Origin: an uncultured Nitrososphaeraceae archaeon
GTDB lineage: Archaea > Thermoproteota > Nitrososphaeria > Nitrososphaerales > Nitrososphaeraceae
DNA length: 64,000 nucleotides
NCBI GenBank assembly: GCA_963837175.1
Contig: CAWIMJ010000050.1
Coordinates: forward strand, 160,001-224,000
Direction of reading: 5' to 3'
Shown here: one piece after another, positions 44,313-55,031 of the stretch
Numbering within the stretch: position 1 is the first letter of the stretch
Layout: every line of letters starts with the position of its first letter
Translations under genes and position numbers: made by a program
Notes under the pieces: generated by a model
What the model saw: the letters and a program-made list of their open reading frames with translations, nothing else
Databases searched by the model: none
Told to the model about the DNA's origin: nothing

Positions 44313-45164
44313 ATGTCAAGTTTCAAGTACGCACATCCTGAAGTTTTATGTGAAACCGATTGGTTGGCAGATAATTTAAAGAACTCCGACATTAGAATTC
44401 TAGAGGTTGATTATGATGTAGAAAATGCGTATAAACAGGGTCATATACCAGGTGCTCATATGGTCCGCTGGAAGAAGGATATTAATGATCCAACCAGACG
44501 TGACATAATTAACAAGCAACAATTTGAGACACTAATGTCAGGAATAGGTGCTACACCAGAGACTGAACTCATACTCTATGGAGACTTTAACAATTGGTTC
44601 GCTGCATTTGCTTTATGGGTCTTTCATTATTATGGTCATAGAAAAATCAAGATCATGAATGGAGGCAGAAGAAAATGGGAGATGGAAAATAGAGAGTATA
44701 CAAAGGAAGAGCCTATTGCAAAATCTTCAAAATATGTCGCACAGCCGCCTGATGAAGGAATTAGGGCATATTTGCCTGATGTAAAGAGGGCAATTGAGAG
44801 AGTCGAAACCGTACTAGTGGATGTAAGATCAGCAAAAGAATTTTCCGGCGAAATTACAGCCCCACCGGAATATCCTATGGAACATGCACAAAGAGGTGGT
44901 CATATTCCAAAGGCTCAAAACATACCATGGGCACAGGCAATAAGAGAGGATGGCACATTCAAAAACGTAGATGATCTCAAAGCACTATATGAAGGAAAAG
45001 GTATAACTCCGGACAAACATGTGATTTGCTATTGCAGAATAGGAGAAAGGTCTTCTCACAGTTGGTTCGTCTTAAAATATCTTTTAGGATACCCATCTGT
45101 CCGCAATTACGATGGTTCTTGGACTGAATGGGGTAATATGATCGGTAATCCGATAGAAAAATAA
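44313..45164 (+). CDS. Tandem-domain rhodanese / thiosulfate sulfurtransferase
   Basis: GHIPGA, CRIGERS active loop, YDGSWTEW. Confidence 0.95.
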   Translation: MSSFKYAHPEVLCETDWLADNLKNSDIRILEVDYDVENAYKQGHIPGAHMVRWKKDINDPTRRDIINKQQFETLMSGIGATPETELILYGDFNNWFAAFALWVFHYYGHRKIKIMNGGRRKWEMENREYTKEEPIAKSSKYVAQPPDEGIRAYLPDVKRAIERVETVLVDVRSAKEFSGEITAPPEYPMEHAQRGGHIPKAQNIPWAQAIREDGTFKNVDDLKALYEGKGITPDKHVICYCRIGERSSHSWFVLKYLLGYPSVRNYDGSWTEWGNMIGNPIEK

Positions 45165-45187
45165 GTGATAATTTCCAAAATATCCCA

Positions 45188-45502
45188 ATGAACCGCGAAC
45201 ATGATCTATTAAAAAGAGGGCAATTTTATTTCATTTATGACCGTGATGATGACGCCACCATTATATTGGAAGATAAAACAAAAAGAGGCTTGGAAGTAAG
45301 GGAACGCAGTATAGATGAAAAATATGGTGTTGAGGCAGAAAAGGGTATGATTTATGATATGGATGGTGTTGGACACATCATCTCGATTAGATGGTACTTT
45401 CCACGAGCTAAATATCAATTAGAACATATAATAAAGATTGCCGAAGAAATGGACGCAAAATATAAGGCTATTAGAGAGATAACTTGTCCTGACGATGAAT
45501 AA
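45188..45502 (+). CDS. Hypothetical protein
   Basis: 104-aa ORF between rhodanese and ferredoxin; ends TCPDDE. Confidence 0.8.
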   Translation: MNREHDLLKRGQFYFIYDRDDDATIILEDKTKRGLEVRERSIDEKYGVEAEKGMIYDMDGVGHIISIRWYFPRAKYQLEHIIKIAEEMDAKYKAIREITCPDDE

Positions 45503-45541
45503 ACGAAAGCCTTTTAGCCCTTATTTATTTAAAGATTTACA

Positions 45542-46588
45542 ATGTCTTCGCTACTAAAGGATAGAGTATGGGCTATGATTTCTGAAGTTGCAAAAAGGGG
45601 TATCTATCCTCTCCATGGATCGAGACTTGGTGTGTACAGAATACCAATTGATCTTAATGAAAGCGCTGAGATTTCCAGTATTATGACTGATTTAAAAAAT
45701 TCCGGTTTTATTGTAGATGCATATGCAGATAGAATTTATGTAACTTACAAATGGAACGAAAAGGGTACAGATCCTGTTAGTCAGAAAGAACTCTCTACAG
45801 ACTTACATATTACAGTAGAAATAGTTACTGGTGAAGTAGTTGATATAATCTATCAAATAAAGCCTTTAGAATTCTTCGGCGATCTATACTGGGTTAGAAA
45901 TTATAGACAAAAGGCGGATCAAAATGCGAAAATGGTAATTGATACTATAATTACAAACACAAAAATTGGTGGTAGATTAATTGCTCATTATCAGAAGACC
46001 CAAAAGCTTTCCCTTGAAGAAGCCATAAAGAAAGTAGAAGAACTGACTCCCTTAGCAAAGAATCCTAAATTAAGGGCAACTACTTCTGCCTCTCCTTCTC
46101 TTTCACAACAAGCCACCCTGAAATCTCCCTCTTCAACAGCCTCTCCTACTCCTCCTACTTCTACTCCTACGACTATAGCTGCTTCAACAGTAGAAGGTGG
46201 AAGTAGTGGTAGTGGTAACACAACTATTTCTCTTAGCGGTACTGGAACCAACTATTCTAAGGTAGATGGACCTATAGACGCTGGCTTTAAATCAACGAGA
46301 CAACAGGCAGGTACATTCCAAGATATTAAGGTATGGGGCCCTTTAGATCCTCCAGGACAGCTTGGAATATGGGGAAATGAAGTATGTGTCGATTTTGATA
46401 TATGCATAGCAGATGGAGCATGTATTGAGGCCTGTCCAGTGAATGTATATGAATGGCTAGATACTCCAGGACATCCTGCATCGGAAAAGAAACCTTTCAT
46501 GATTAGAGAAAAGGATTGCATATTTTGTATGGCATGTGAGAATGTATGTCCTCCGCAAGCAGTTAAAATATTCCAAAAAAGTCAATAA
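45542..46588 (+). CDS. Unknown N-terminal domain + S/T/P linker + dicluster ferredoxin
   Basis: About 175-aa globular N-domain; C-terminal CIADGAC and CIFCMAC motifs. Confidence 0.9.
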   Translation: MSSLLKDRVWAMISEVAKRGIYPLHGSRLGVYRIPIDLNESAEISSIMTDLKNSGFIVDAYADRIYVTYKWNEKGTDPVSQKELSTDLHITVEIVTGEVVDIIYQIKPLEFFGDLYWVRNYRQKADQNAKMVIDTIITNTKIGGRLIAHYQKTQKLSLEEAIKKVEELTPLAKNPKLRATTSASPSLSQQATLKSPSSTASPTPPTSTPTTIAASTVEGGSSGSGNTTISLSGTGTNYSKVDGPIDAGFKSTRQQAGTFQDIKVWGPLDPPGQLGIWGNEVCVDFDICIADGACIEACPVNVYEWLDTPGHPASEKKPFMIREKDCIFCMACENVCPPQAVKIFQKSQ

Positions 46589-46700
46589 TACTTTATTTTC
46601 GTATTATTTATTTTTATTTTTTATCTATCTATATCTACCTTATTATCATCCATCCATGAATGTGACAAATATTCTTCCTTAATATATAATGTAACTATTT
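46130..46700 (+). repeat. Copy 2 of ferredoxin direct repeat
   Basis: Matches 23873-24452 except a few linker changes and a 9-nt indel in a TATC/CATC tract. Confidence 0.95.
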
Positions 46701-46794
46701 AGTAATGTTTATGGGTGTGGATCTTACAGATTCACTTTCTTACGGTGACTATAAATACTTTGCACACTAATCTCCGCACCAAGGATAGAATACA

Positions 46795-48957
46795 ATGAGT
46801 GGAATAGGCGCAATTCTTTATTCTTCATTCATTATCATCGCTTGGTTAGTGACCATTTATACGCTTAACTTTTTCTATCTCTCTTATTACTCCCAGCACA
46901 ATTTAAAACATCAAAAAGAAATGAAAAAAAAAATGCAGCCTCTAAATGATGATTCTCTCCCCTTGATAACTATTCAACTTCCTATTTATAACGAAAAGTA
47001 TGTTGCCGTACGCTTAATTGATGCTGTATGTAGAATCGATTATCCAAAAGAAAAGTTGCAAATTCAGGTACTGGATGATTCAGATGATGATACTGATAAA
47101 ATAATTAAATTAACAGTGGATCATTATACATTCAAAGGCTTTGATATAATCTATTTGCATAGAACGGTGAGATCAGGATACAAAGCTGGTGCGTTGAAAG
47201 CAGGTATGAAGATTGCGAAAGGTGAATTTATTGCTATTTTTGATGCGGATTTTATTCCTCCTAATTGGTTTCTGAAAAAAGCAATAGGATCCTTTTCAGA
47301 TTCTAAAGTAGGATTAGTCCAATGCAGATGGGGACACATTAACGAAAATTATTCGTCACTTACCGAAGCACAAGCAATTTCACTTGACTTGCATTTCTTG
47401 ATCGAACAAAAAGCAAAAAGTTTGACTCATTTGTTTATGAACTTTAATGGAACTGCAGGAATCTGGAGGGCTTCTTGTATTAATGATGCTGGAGGTTGGC
47501 ATACAAACACCATTGTAGAAGATCTTGACCTCAGTTATCGGGCCCAGCTTAGAGGTTGGAAGTGCTTCTTTCTAGAGGATCTCGTTATAGATGCAGAGCT
47601 TCCAGTGCAGATCAATGCAGCGAAGCGACAGCAGTTTAGATGGGCAAAAGGTTCCATGCAAGTTGCTAGGAAGCTATTAACTAATGTCGCGTTAGATAGA
47701 CAGATACCTATAGACACCAAGATTCAGGCATTCATACAACTTACTAGACACATTGTTCATCCATTGTTCTTAACTCAATTTATTATTTTTCCTATGTTAC
47801 TTGCATTAGATTATAAATTATATGCTGTAAGTTGGTTTCCCATTACCGGTATTCTAATCTATATTGTTATGGGCCCCGGCGCATACATATATATTATAAG
47901 GAAAATTTGGGGTGATAAATGGAAAGTGAAGGCTCGCCAATACTTTTATTTGATTTTTTTTGCAACAGGAATATCTGTTAACAATACAGTAGCCATTTTA
48001 GAAGCATTGTTGATAAGTAAAAATGAATTCTTACGTACTCCTAAATTTGGAATTATTAAAAAGGACGATGACTGGAAAAATAAATCATATGTGTTACCTT
48101 TTACTAAAACTACTTTATTAGAGATATTTTTTGGGGTCTATGGTACTATTGCGATATTTATTTCTATTTTTTCAGGAAATCCATTATTTGTGCCTGTTCT
48201 CTTTCTTCAAACAATTGGTTTTATTTACATTGCTTACTTAAGCATATCCCACTCTTCATTTAATTACAATAAATCAAATAAAAGATTACAAACTCACAAT
48301 CCGCAGGATCTTTTCATATCAAAGCAATCGTCAAAAATTGTTGATGAGAAAAGTGTCGAATTTACAGAAATGGAAAATACTAAAGTATATATTAACACAA
48401 TAAAAAAAACGAAACACGGCAAGTCAATTATTGAAAATGCTATGACACCTAAATATAATAAACTTATGCTATTCTGTATGTTGGGTTTTTTAGCCTTTGG
48501 TGTAACAGTAGCCTTTTATGGATATGAAACTACGATTTATCCAATGGACAAAGCAGTAGGATATTTATCCCGAGCAGAAGCTGCTCAGTCACCAGAAGCA
48601 GTGGCAGATTACATAAAGCCAGTAAAATATTTGCTTCCAAAGGAGGGAAATCCAGTATGGGTATTTCCAAATCCACGAACAGATTTTGACGCAATTCAAA
48701 ACGAGCTTGATGCAATGCTTTCACGTGCCAATTCAATTTCTTCACTGGAATTAGATAGCGCTGCTTATAATACAGGATTGGCAGATCTGCGCAATTCGAT
48801 TAAAATAATTGAATCTAATTTGATTGAAGCGACTCCTTATCTTTATGTTAGCTCCGTTAATATAGTCCTAAGTGCGATATGGATTGCAATTATTCTTTTT
48901 ATTTTTGCCATCATGAAGAGAGGAAGAGCAAAATTCAAGGAATATGAAAACACATAA
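46795..48957 (+). CDS. GT2 cellulose-synthase-like glycosyltransferase with extra C-terminal membrane-anchored domain
   Basis: QLPIYNE, KAGAL, FDADF, VEDLD, QQFRW; multiple TM helices. Confidence 0.92.
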   Translation: MSGIGAILYSSFIIIAWLVTIYTLNFFYLSYYSQHNLKHQKEMKKKMQPLNDDSLPLITIQLPIYNEKYVAVRLIDAVCRIDYPKEKLQIQVLDDSDDDTDKIIKLTVDHYTFKGFDIIYLHRTVRSGYKAGALKAGMKIAKGEFIAIFDADFIPPNWFLKKAIGSFSDSKVGLVQCRWGHINENYSSLTEAQAISLDLHFLIEQKAKSLTHLFMNFNGTAGIWRASCINDAGGWHTNTIVEDLDLSYRAQLRGWKCFFLEDLVIDAELPVQINAAKRQQFRWAKGSMQVARKLLTNVALDRQIPIDTKIQAFIQLTRHIVHPLFLTQFIIFPMLLALDYKLYAVSWFPITGILIYIVMGPGAYIYIIRKIWGDKWKVKARQYFYLIFFATGISVNNTVAILEALLISKNEFLRTPKFGIIKKDDDWKNKSYVLPFTKTTLLEIFFGVYGTIAIFISIFSGNPLFVPVLFLQTIGFIYIAYLSISHSSFNYNKSNKRLQTHNPQDLFISKQSSKIVDEKSVEFTEMENTKVYINTIKKTKHGKSIIENAMTPKYNKLMLFCMLGFLAFGVTVAFYGYETTIYPMDKAVGYLSRAEAAQSPEAVADYIKPVKYLLPKEGNPVWVFPNPRTDFDAIQNELDAMLSRANSISSLELDSAAYNTGLADLRNSIKIIESNLIEATPYLYVSSVNIVLSAIWIAIILFIFAIMKRGRAKFKEYENT

Positions 48958-49285
48958 GAGGTCTCTTGCTATTAGGAGAGTTACACTTGTATCACTCCGT
49001 CATAGAATGGTGTAATTGTAACCTATAATACAATAGATATAAGACACTCTAGTTATTGTTCTTTTATCGGTACAACTAACTAGTAAAGTAGAAAAAGATC
49101 TTTGATATCAAAAGGATTTGGTCAGTTACCCTAGTGCTTTCATCATAATTTCAGAAGGAGTAATCATCATCCCATATTATTGTAGATTATATCATTATTC
49201 ATTCTTTCGGGGTCCAACTACTTTAACAAAACATGTGGAAAGGTATTACGCTTAGATTTATATAATAATTTTTGAATTTTATCAC

Positions 49286-49927
49286 ATGTCAGCAGAGCAA
49301 CAAATTGTCGAACGAATAACTTCTGCGGGAACAGCAGGGATAAAAAAAATAGACCTGCGTAAAGAATTTCAAGATATGGAAATTGATGTTGTCATAGAAG
49401 GCCTTGTAACGTCTGGAGATATATTGGTTGATAAGAAAGGTACAGCATACTACTGTTGGCATAAAGATCATTATCTTCAAAATCTGTTAAATACAGACCC
49501 AAAATTTCGATTAATTTATGAGAGCATTATGCATCTTGAGATGTCTGTTAATAAAACATCTGATGGTCTAGCGAAAACCCTCGAAACACTCTACAATAAT
49601 GTTAAGAATTCTCAAAAATCTCCTGCAACAAAAAATCTAGATGGCATATCACATGTAAATATTAATGACGAACCAACCATGAAATTAGACAGATTCAGAA
49701 ATGAATTTGATTTAGCTATTGGAAATAATTCTAGTTCAATTGGTTGGGTAGAACTGTCAAAAGTCCGAAACGAGTTATGCAAAAAGTATAATATATCAAA
49801 TGAAGATTTCTATAGTTTTGTTGAACAATTAACAAATCTATACCACGATAAATATGAATTATCCACAGGTGGATATGAGGGATTGACTGTTAGAGGCCTA
49901 CTTCATGGATTTGTGAGGTGTATATAG
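49286..49927 (+). CDS. Hypothetical wHTH-coiled coil-wHTH protein
   Basis: N- and C-terminal helix-helix-helix-beta-hairpin patterns separated by a heptad helix. Confidence 0.8.
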   Translation: MSAEQQIVERITSAGTAGIKKIDLRKEFQDMEIDVVIEGLVTSGDILVDKKGTAYYCWHKDHYLQNLLNTDPKFRLIYESIMHLEMSVNKTSDGLAKTLETLYNNVKNSQKSPATKNLDGISHVNINDEPTMKLDRFRNEFDLAIGNNSSSIGWVELSKVRNELCKKYNISNEDFYSFVEQLTNLYHDKYELSTGGYEGLTVRGLLHGFVRCI

Positions 49928-51562
49928 GTGTATCCGTATGGTCTCACACAAAATCCATATCCTAGTAGTCCTACTCCGACGCTTATAGATGCTCAAGTTT
50001 TAGGCGGAAGAAGGCATAAGGAAGCAAAGAAGGCTGTGTTATCATGCATTGAGGATTTGAATTCTAAAGTTAGTGATATCGCAACTGACAGAGACTTTCG
50101 TTTAGTTACTCTTATTCAAGATGTTGGATCTGGCAAGACACACTTAGCCTTGCATATTAGAGCATTAAAGGAGATTTGCAATAATGCTGTTATATCATAC
50201 GTTGATCTGTCCCAAGTGTTTCCGCGTGACATGGATAATATATATGCTGCACTGTTAAGCGGTTTTGATAAAGAATATATCGATAGCCTGAGAAAAGCCA
50301 TTGTTTATTATCTTAGAGACAAGGCAGAACGGAATAACAAGCAAGCAAAGAAAATTTTCAAACTTGGATTTATTGATTTTCTCACTAAGAAAAATTTCTC
50401 TATTAAGGCACAACAGATTTTAGATGGGAGAATGGTTCCAGATTACTTTGCGATAGATCAGGTGTTAACAACAGAATTCTCAGTAGTTGAGGCCTCGGTT
50501 ATGAAATTAATAATAGAAGGTAAATTTGGAGATCATGCAGGGAATATCAAAAGCATGGAACATATTATTACCAAGATATCAGCAATCGCTAACCTAAATC
50601 TAAAATTTTTAAAGAAATTGACTATCCTTCAAATTGATGAATTTGACTCTGATAAAAAGTCACTAGAAGTTGTTAAGGCAATCATTAATTCCCACTTGCC
50701 ATCAACTGTATTGATGTTGATTTTAACACCTTCTTCATATGACGAGATACGAAAAGAAGATAATGCTACTTTCGATAGGTTAGAAAAGGCAAACTACAAA
50801 ATCGATTTAGCAGGTTCAAACACATTGGAAGAGATACTGGATATCATTCTAGAATATGTAAGATATTACGATCTTCAAAAAAGTTTTAAATTAGAAGATG
50901 AAACCGATCTTTCCGCAAAGATTAAAGTAATTTATGATGAATTCCCTGATTTTAGAAACGTTAGATCAATGACTAATATTTTATACAACGCAACCGAAAA
51001 TGCTGCAAAAAGAGACGCTCCAATTATTGACGAAAAAGCAATAGATGATACAATCAAAAGCACACATCCAGGGCTGCGAATTAGAGGAAGTATAATGGGT
51101 GTGCCACTTTCTGATTTTATAAAAATCAGAAACAGCTCTAATGATATTCAAATGCTGGAATCTAACGTTCGTGATGCAGTAAAAAACCTCCTAAACCATG
51201 CGCATGACATGGGAAGTGTAGCTAAATTTGAATCTACTAACGGAGTAGATACTGGAATTGATGTAATTTATAACGACCCAGCTGGAACTAAAGTGGCTGT
51301 TGCTGTTGTAATAAACAAAGATCATACAAAGAGTTTTGATCAGATATCTAATACGGTAAAATCTATTGGTTTTGCGGATAAACTTCTAGTTTTAACTAAT
51401 GCAAAAACTGATAGTGGAACTGACGGAATGACAGTGGTTAACATCGACAGATGCAAAATGACAGACCTAATTTACTTTAGTAGTAAATACAAAAATAACG
51501 AAATATTACATGATGACTTGCAACGTGCTTTACTGCTAGCAAAATCAATTAAACTTTGTTGA
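49928..51562 (+). CDS. AAA+-type P-loop NTPase with C-terminal degenerate nuclease-like domain
   Basis: QDVGSGKT Walker A, ILQIDEFD Walker B, FDRL, NVR; C-terminal IDVIY..KVAVAV..ADKLLVLT. Confidence 0.85.
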   Translation: MYPYGLTQNPYPSSPTPTLIDAQVLGGRRHKEAKKAVLSCIEDLNSKVSDIATDRDFRLVTLIQDVGSGKTHLALHIRALKEICNNAVISYVDLSQVFPRDMDNIYAALLSGFDKEYIDSLRKAIVYYLRDKAERNNKQAKKIFKLGFIDFLTKKNFSIKAQQILDGRMVPDYFAIDQVLTTEFSVVEASVMKLIIEGKFGDHAGNIKSMEHIITKISAIANLNLKFLKKLTILQIDEFDSDKKSLEVVKAIINSHLPSTVLMLILTPSSYDEIRKEDNATFDRLEKANYKIDLAGSNTLEEILDIILEYVRYYDLQKSFKLEDETDLSAKIKVIYDEFPDFRNVRSMTNILYNATENAAKRDAPIIDEKAIDDTIKSTHPGLRIRGSIMGVPLSDFIKIRNSSNDIQMLESNVRDAVKNLLNHAHDMGSVAKFESTNGVDTGIDVIYNDPAGTKVAVAVVINKDHTKSFDQISNTVKSIGFADKLLVLTNAKTDSGTDGMTVVNIDRCKMTDLIYFSSKYKNNEILHDDLQRALLLAKSIKLC

Positions 51563-51599
51563 TCATATAATTATAACGTGGCATTACTTTTTAGGTCTA

Positions 51600-52240
51600 C
51601 CTTCGCTTAATAACATAGTGTGTAATCATTCTGTTATGCAGATCAATAAACATATTAACCAATTGAGGATGTGCTCTGGATAGCAGGAGCTCCTTTAATT
51701 TTTACAATGGAAATAATCATCAAAACTTTCTGTTCTATCATTAACATACTGAATGTTATCAATGAGACTTTATTCCATAAGGTAAATGAATATGATGTTT
51801 AGTTTGAGGAATTTACTGGCTTGAGGATACTAGTATCATCACCATCCTCAGCAGAAACAGGATTTTTTCCATTTTTCTTTCATACTAATGATCGTATAAA
51901 ATGCTCTGCAATAGGTATACTCCCTTCATATGATATCTACGTATTCCAAGAATTGTCTTGTCTGTTGGTTCAGTTGCAGTCCATAACCAAACGATACCTC
52001 TATTATTTTAATGAGTAATCGGAGTTTTATCATCAACTATAAATTCATAAATTCTTCTTTTCCTATGGAATGTCTTTTCTGGCTTGTAGCGCTGTTGAAT
52101 TCATTTCCAAATGGAAACATAGTTTCTTCTTAGCTATGGAGATAAATGCTGGGATGTCTTTCTTAGAGATGCACCACCTGAAAAATACAACTGTAATGAA
52201 TAGAAGATATACTTTGAAGATATTTACTTCTCTTATCCTT
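51600..52240 (-). mobile_element. IS6-family transposase relic
   Basis: Broken frames give LYFSG.SLRKTS, RRNYVSIW, FIVD, GKNPVS.DG, YPQA.KFLKL, DRTESFDDYF.C. Confidence 0.8.
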
Positions 52241-52276
52241 GCTCTTGAGAAATAGAATATCTTTAGCTATAGGTTT

Positions 52277-52609
52277 ATGTTAATTGAAGAGCCCTTTTTT
52301 AGACGCCAAACTTTTTTAAGAGAGAAATACGATCGTTGCGTTGTGGGTAAGAAAGGAAGAAACGATAAATTTAAGGAAAACTTCGGAAATCCCTATTATG
52401 AGGTGTTTCGGTGCAATATATGTGGGGAGAATGCAGACTTTGTGGTCCAACTCGAACTTGTAAAGGAAAGGAGCAATTACAATATTGTAGAATCAGTAAA
52501 CCAAATGCCTTTTTATTTGTGCGAGACTCACGAATATCTTTATAAGAAAATGCAAAGCAATATAGAGCTAAAAAATTACTTCCTTGAAACCCTTAGACAA
52601 AATCAATAG
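52277..52609 (+). CDS. Hypothetical Zn-finger protein
   Basis: CNIC...LCETH. Confidence 0.7.
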   Translation: MLIEEPFFRRQTFLREKYDRCVVGKKGRNDKFKENFGNPYYEVFRCNICGENADFVVQLELVKERSNYNIVESVNQMPFYLCETHEYLYKKMQSNIELKNYFLETLRQNQ

Positions 52610-52643
52610 CAGCTCTGCAGGATAATTGCACTACATAAATAGT

Positions 52644-53096
52644 ATGGGAAAAAATAGATCATTTAAGACTCTTGAGGACTTTCTAAATAATTTGCATAAA
52701 GAAGGGATCTCTCTGATGGATTTCAATGGCCAAAAGATCCCTTGTATCCTTATAAATCCAACTAGATTTCAAGAACTAGTAGGAACGGTTTATGGGAAAA
52801 AATTAGCAGTCGATACTTTGCTAAATGTATTCCATGATAGCCAAGATGTTTTTGTAGATGTTACACTGAATTTCCTGGATATAGGTATTGAAGAAAATTA
52901 TCTTCTATATGCAAACGATATATTAGAATTCTTTGAATCTTTAACGAAAACAGGAATAATTGGCATAGTTCCAGCTGATTCTTATCTTAGAAATAATTCA
53001 AATATCTTTATGATACAGCTTCCTAAAAAGGAGGCAGCAGAAAAAGCACTTGGAATAATCAAAGCTAATGCTAAAAACACAAGGAAATACATTTGA
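52644..53096 (+). CDS. Hypothetical protein
   Basis: ATG at 52644, 150 aa, co-oriented with the previous gene. Confidence 0.75.
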   Translation: MGKNRSFKTLEDFLNNLHKEGISLMDFNGQKIPCILINPTRFQELVGTVYGKKLAVDTLLNVFHDSQDVFVDVTLNFLDIGIEENYLLYANDILEFFESLTKTGIIGIVPADSYLRNNSNIFMIQLPKKEAAEKALGIIKANAKNTRKYI

Positions 53097-53225
53097 TGAG
53101 AATCGTTATGTATCATAATTGATGCAATCTAATCCTTATGTACTCCAATGGTGGATTACACGAATGGCAGAAACGCAGAGATCAAGCAGAGATAACGTCA
53201 TATTGTCATGATGTCATAAATACAT

Positions 53226-53438
53226 ATGGTGAAAAATATTTCTGTCGAAGATCATAATAAAAGCAAAAAAAATGACGGCAAGATTGATAATAATAATATA
53301 ATACCAGCTGAAATTGATATCCATTTTCATATGTATGGTAAGCATGCATGGGAAGTTGAATATGGTGACAGATGTCCTATTTGCGAAAAAAGGATAGATG
53401 AATTCGGTTATTGTGCATGCGGTAGTCAAGGAGAGTAA
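53226..53438 (+). CDS. Small Zn-ribbon protein
   Basis: CPIC..RIDEFGYCACG. Confidence 0.75.
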   Translation: MVKNISVEDHNKSKKNDGKIDNNNIIPAEIDIHFHMYGKHAWEVEYGDRCPICEKRIDEFGYCACGSQGE

Positions 53439-53688
53439 GTTATTAGATGATTTAACCAATGCTATTCCAAGATCGAGACAAATAATAGAAAACTAAAAAT
53501 AAGATCTATTATTATAATAACACGAACAACTATATATTTGTATTCACCTTATGCCTAGGTTTTAATTATACTTAATTTTTAGATACAAAAATTCAAACAC
53601 TGTTATTTATTGAATCACAAAAAAGCGAGGTTTTGAATTCTCTGACCAATCATAAATCATAAACCTTTAAACCAACAGTAGGGAGAAA

Positions 53689-53763
53689 TGCGACGGCCGG
53701 GATTTGAACCCGGGTTACCAGATTGGCAATCTGATGTCCTAGACCAAACTGGACGACCGTCGC
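53689..53763 (-). tRNA. tRNA-Gly(GCC)
   Basis: GCGACGG/CCGTCGC acceptor stem, TT-GCC-AA loop, TTCAAAT T-loop. Confidence 0.96.
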
Positions 53764-54066
53764 ATTATTAATCCATCAATTAGTTGATGGCATTTTCATG
53801 GTCTTATTTTTGCTTTAATAAACTCTTCGAGGCGTTTACCATATGCTTAATAAATGGCGGGTATTAGAACAGTTGATTTCGTTTCGTATACAACCATTTT
53901 ATTCTGTTATCGCAATGCCATACATCACCTATAAAACAATCGTACATTATCTGTCCTAAATCAGGTATTGCAAAAATCTTATTATCTTTAGCTCTTATCT
54001 AAATCTCATGAATAATTCTATTAAATAATAATAAATATCCTGGCACAACATAGATAGACATATTAT

Positions 54067-55026
54067 TTGAAAACATTTGTATTTCCAGATTCGTCAATAT
54101 CGTCTATCCTTGCTCGACAGTATGGTTATAATGAGTGGTTAATTAACAGATTTATTCAATTCGTGCCAGATGTGAAGTGTTTTTTAGAAAAGCTGGAAAT
54201 GAATCCTCAGTTATATATAAGAACAAATACTCTAAAAATCGACACTAAAGATCTTACAGAAAGACTTGCATCTAAAGGCATTGAATTAGAAAATACAATA
54301 TTAGATGATGTTTTATCTGTTAAAAAGCAAACTTTTCGAATTGGGTCAACTACCGAATATTTACTTGGTTATTATTATATACAGGATCTTAGCTCCTGTT
54401 TGGCGGTTGACGCTTTGGATGTCAGACAAAATCAAACAGTGTTAGATATGGCTTCTGCTCCTGGAGGAAAAACCACCTATATGGCTCAGAGAATGAAAAA
54501 TACTGGCATTATTATCGCATTAGAAACTAATCCTAGAAGAATAAGAGCGTTACAATTTAATCTCCTGCGATGTGGTGTAATAAATACCTGCGTTTTAAAA
54601 ATGGATGCTAAGGGAGTAACAGATTTAAACATGCAATTTGACCGTGTGCTACTAGACGCCCCATGCAGTTGTGAAGGTGTAATTGCAAAGGATAAGTCAC
54701 GAAAAATAAATCATAGACCAGAAGATATCGAATTTTGTGCAGCCCGTCAATCAGCTTTGATAGAACCAGCTATTAGAGTCGTCAAACCTGGTGGATTATT
54801 AGTATATTCAACTTGTTCTTTTGCTCCCGAGGAAAATGAAATAATTGTAAATCATCTTTTAGAGAAGTTGGATGTTGAAATAGAGCCAATAAGATATGGA
54901 AGCGAGGGTTTGACTAGGTTTGGATTACTTCATTTCAACCCCTCTTTGAAAAACACAAGACGATTTTATCCACATATCCATGATACTGTAGGATTCTATA
55001 TTGCAAAATTACGAGTTCATAATTAG
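54067..55026 (+). CDS. NOL1/NOP2/Sun RNA m5C methyltransferase
   Basis: IQDLSS, DMASAPGGKT, LLDAPCS, VYSTCS..PEENE. Confidence 0.95.
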   Translation: MKTFVFPDSSISSILARQYGYNEWLINRFIQFVPDVKCFLEKLEMNPQLYIRTNTLKIDTKDLTERLASKGIELENTILDDVLSVKKQTFRIGSTTEYLLGYYYIQDLSSCLAVDALDVRQNQTVLDMASAPGGKTTYMAQRMKNTGIIIALETNPRRIRALQFNLLRCGVINTCVLKMDAKGVTDLNMQFDRVLLDAPCSCEGVIAKDKSRKINHRPEDIEFCAARQSALIEPAIRVVKPGGLLVYSTCSFAPEENEIIVNHLLEKLDVEIEPIRYGSEGLTRFGLLHFNPSLKNTRRFYPHIHDTVGFYIAKLRVHN

Positions 55027-55031
55027 ATGAC

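Noticed and set aside
51821-52255. Plus-strand ORFs of 65 and 61 aa
   Set aside because: Antisense to the IS6 transposase relic; no protein features
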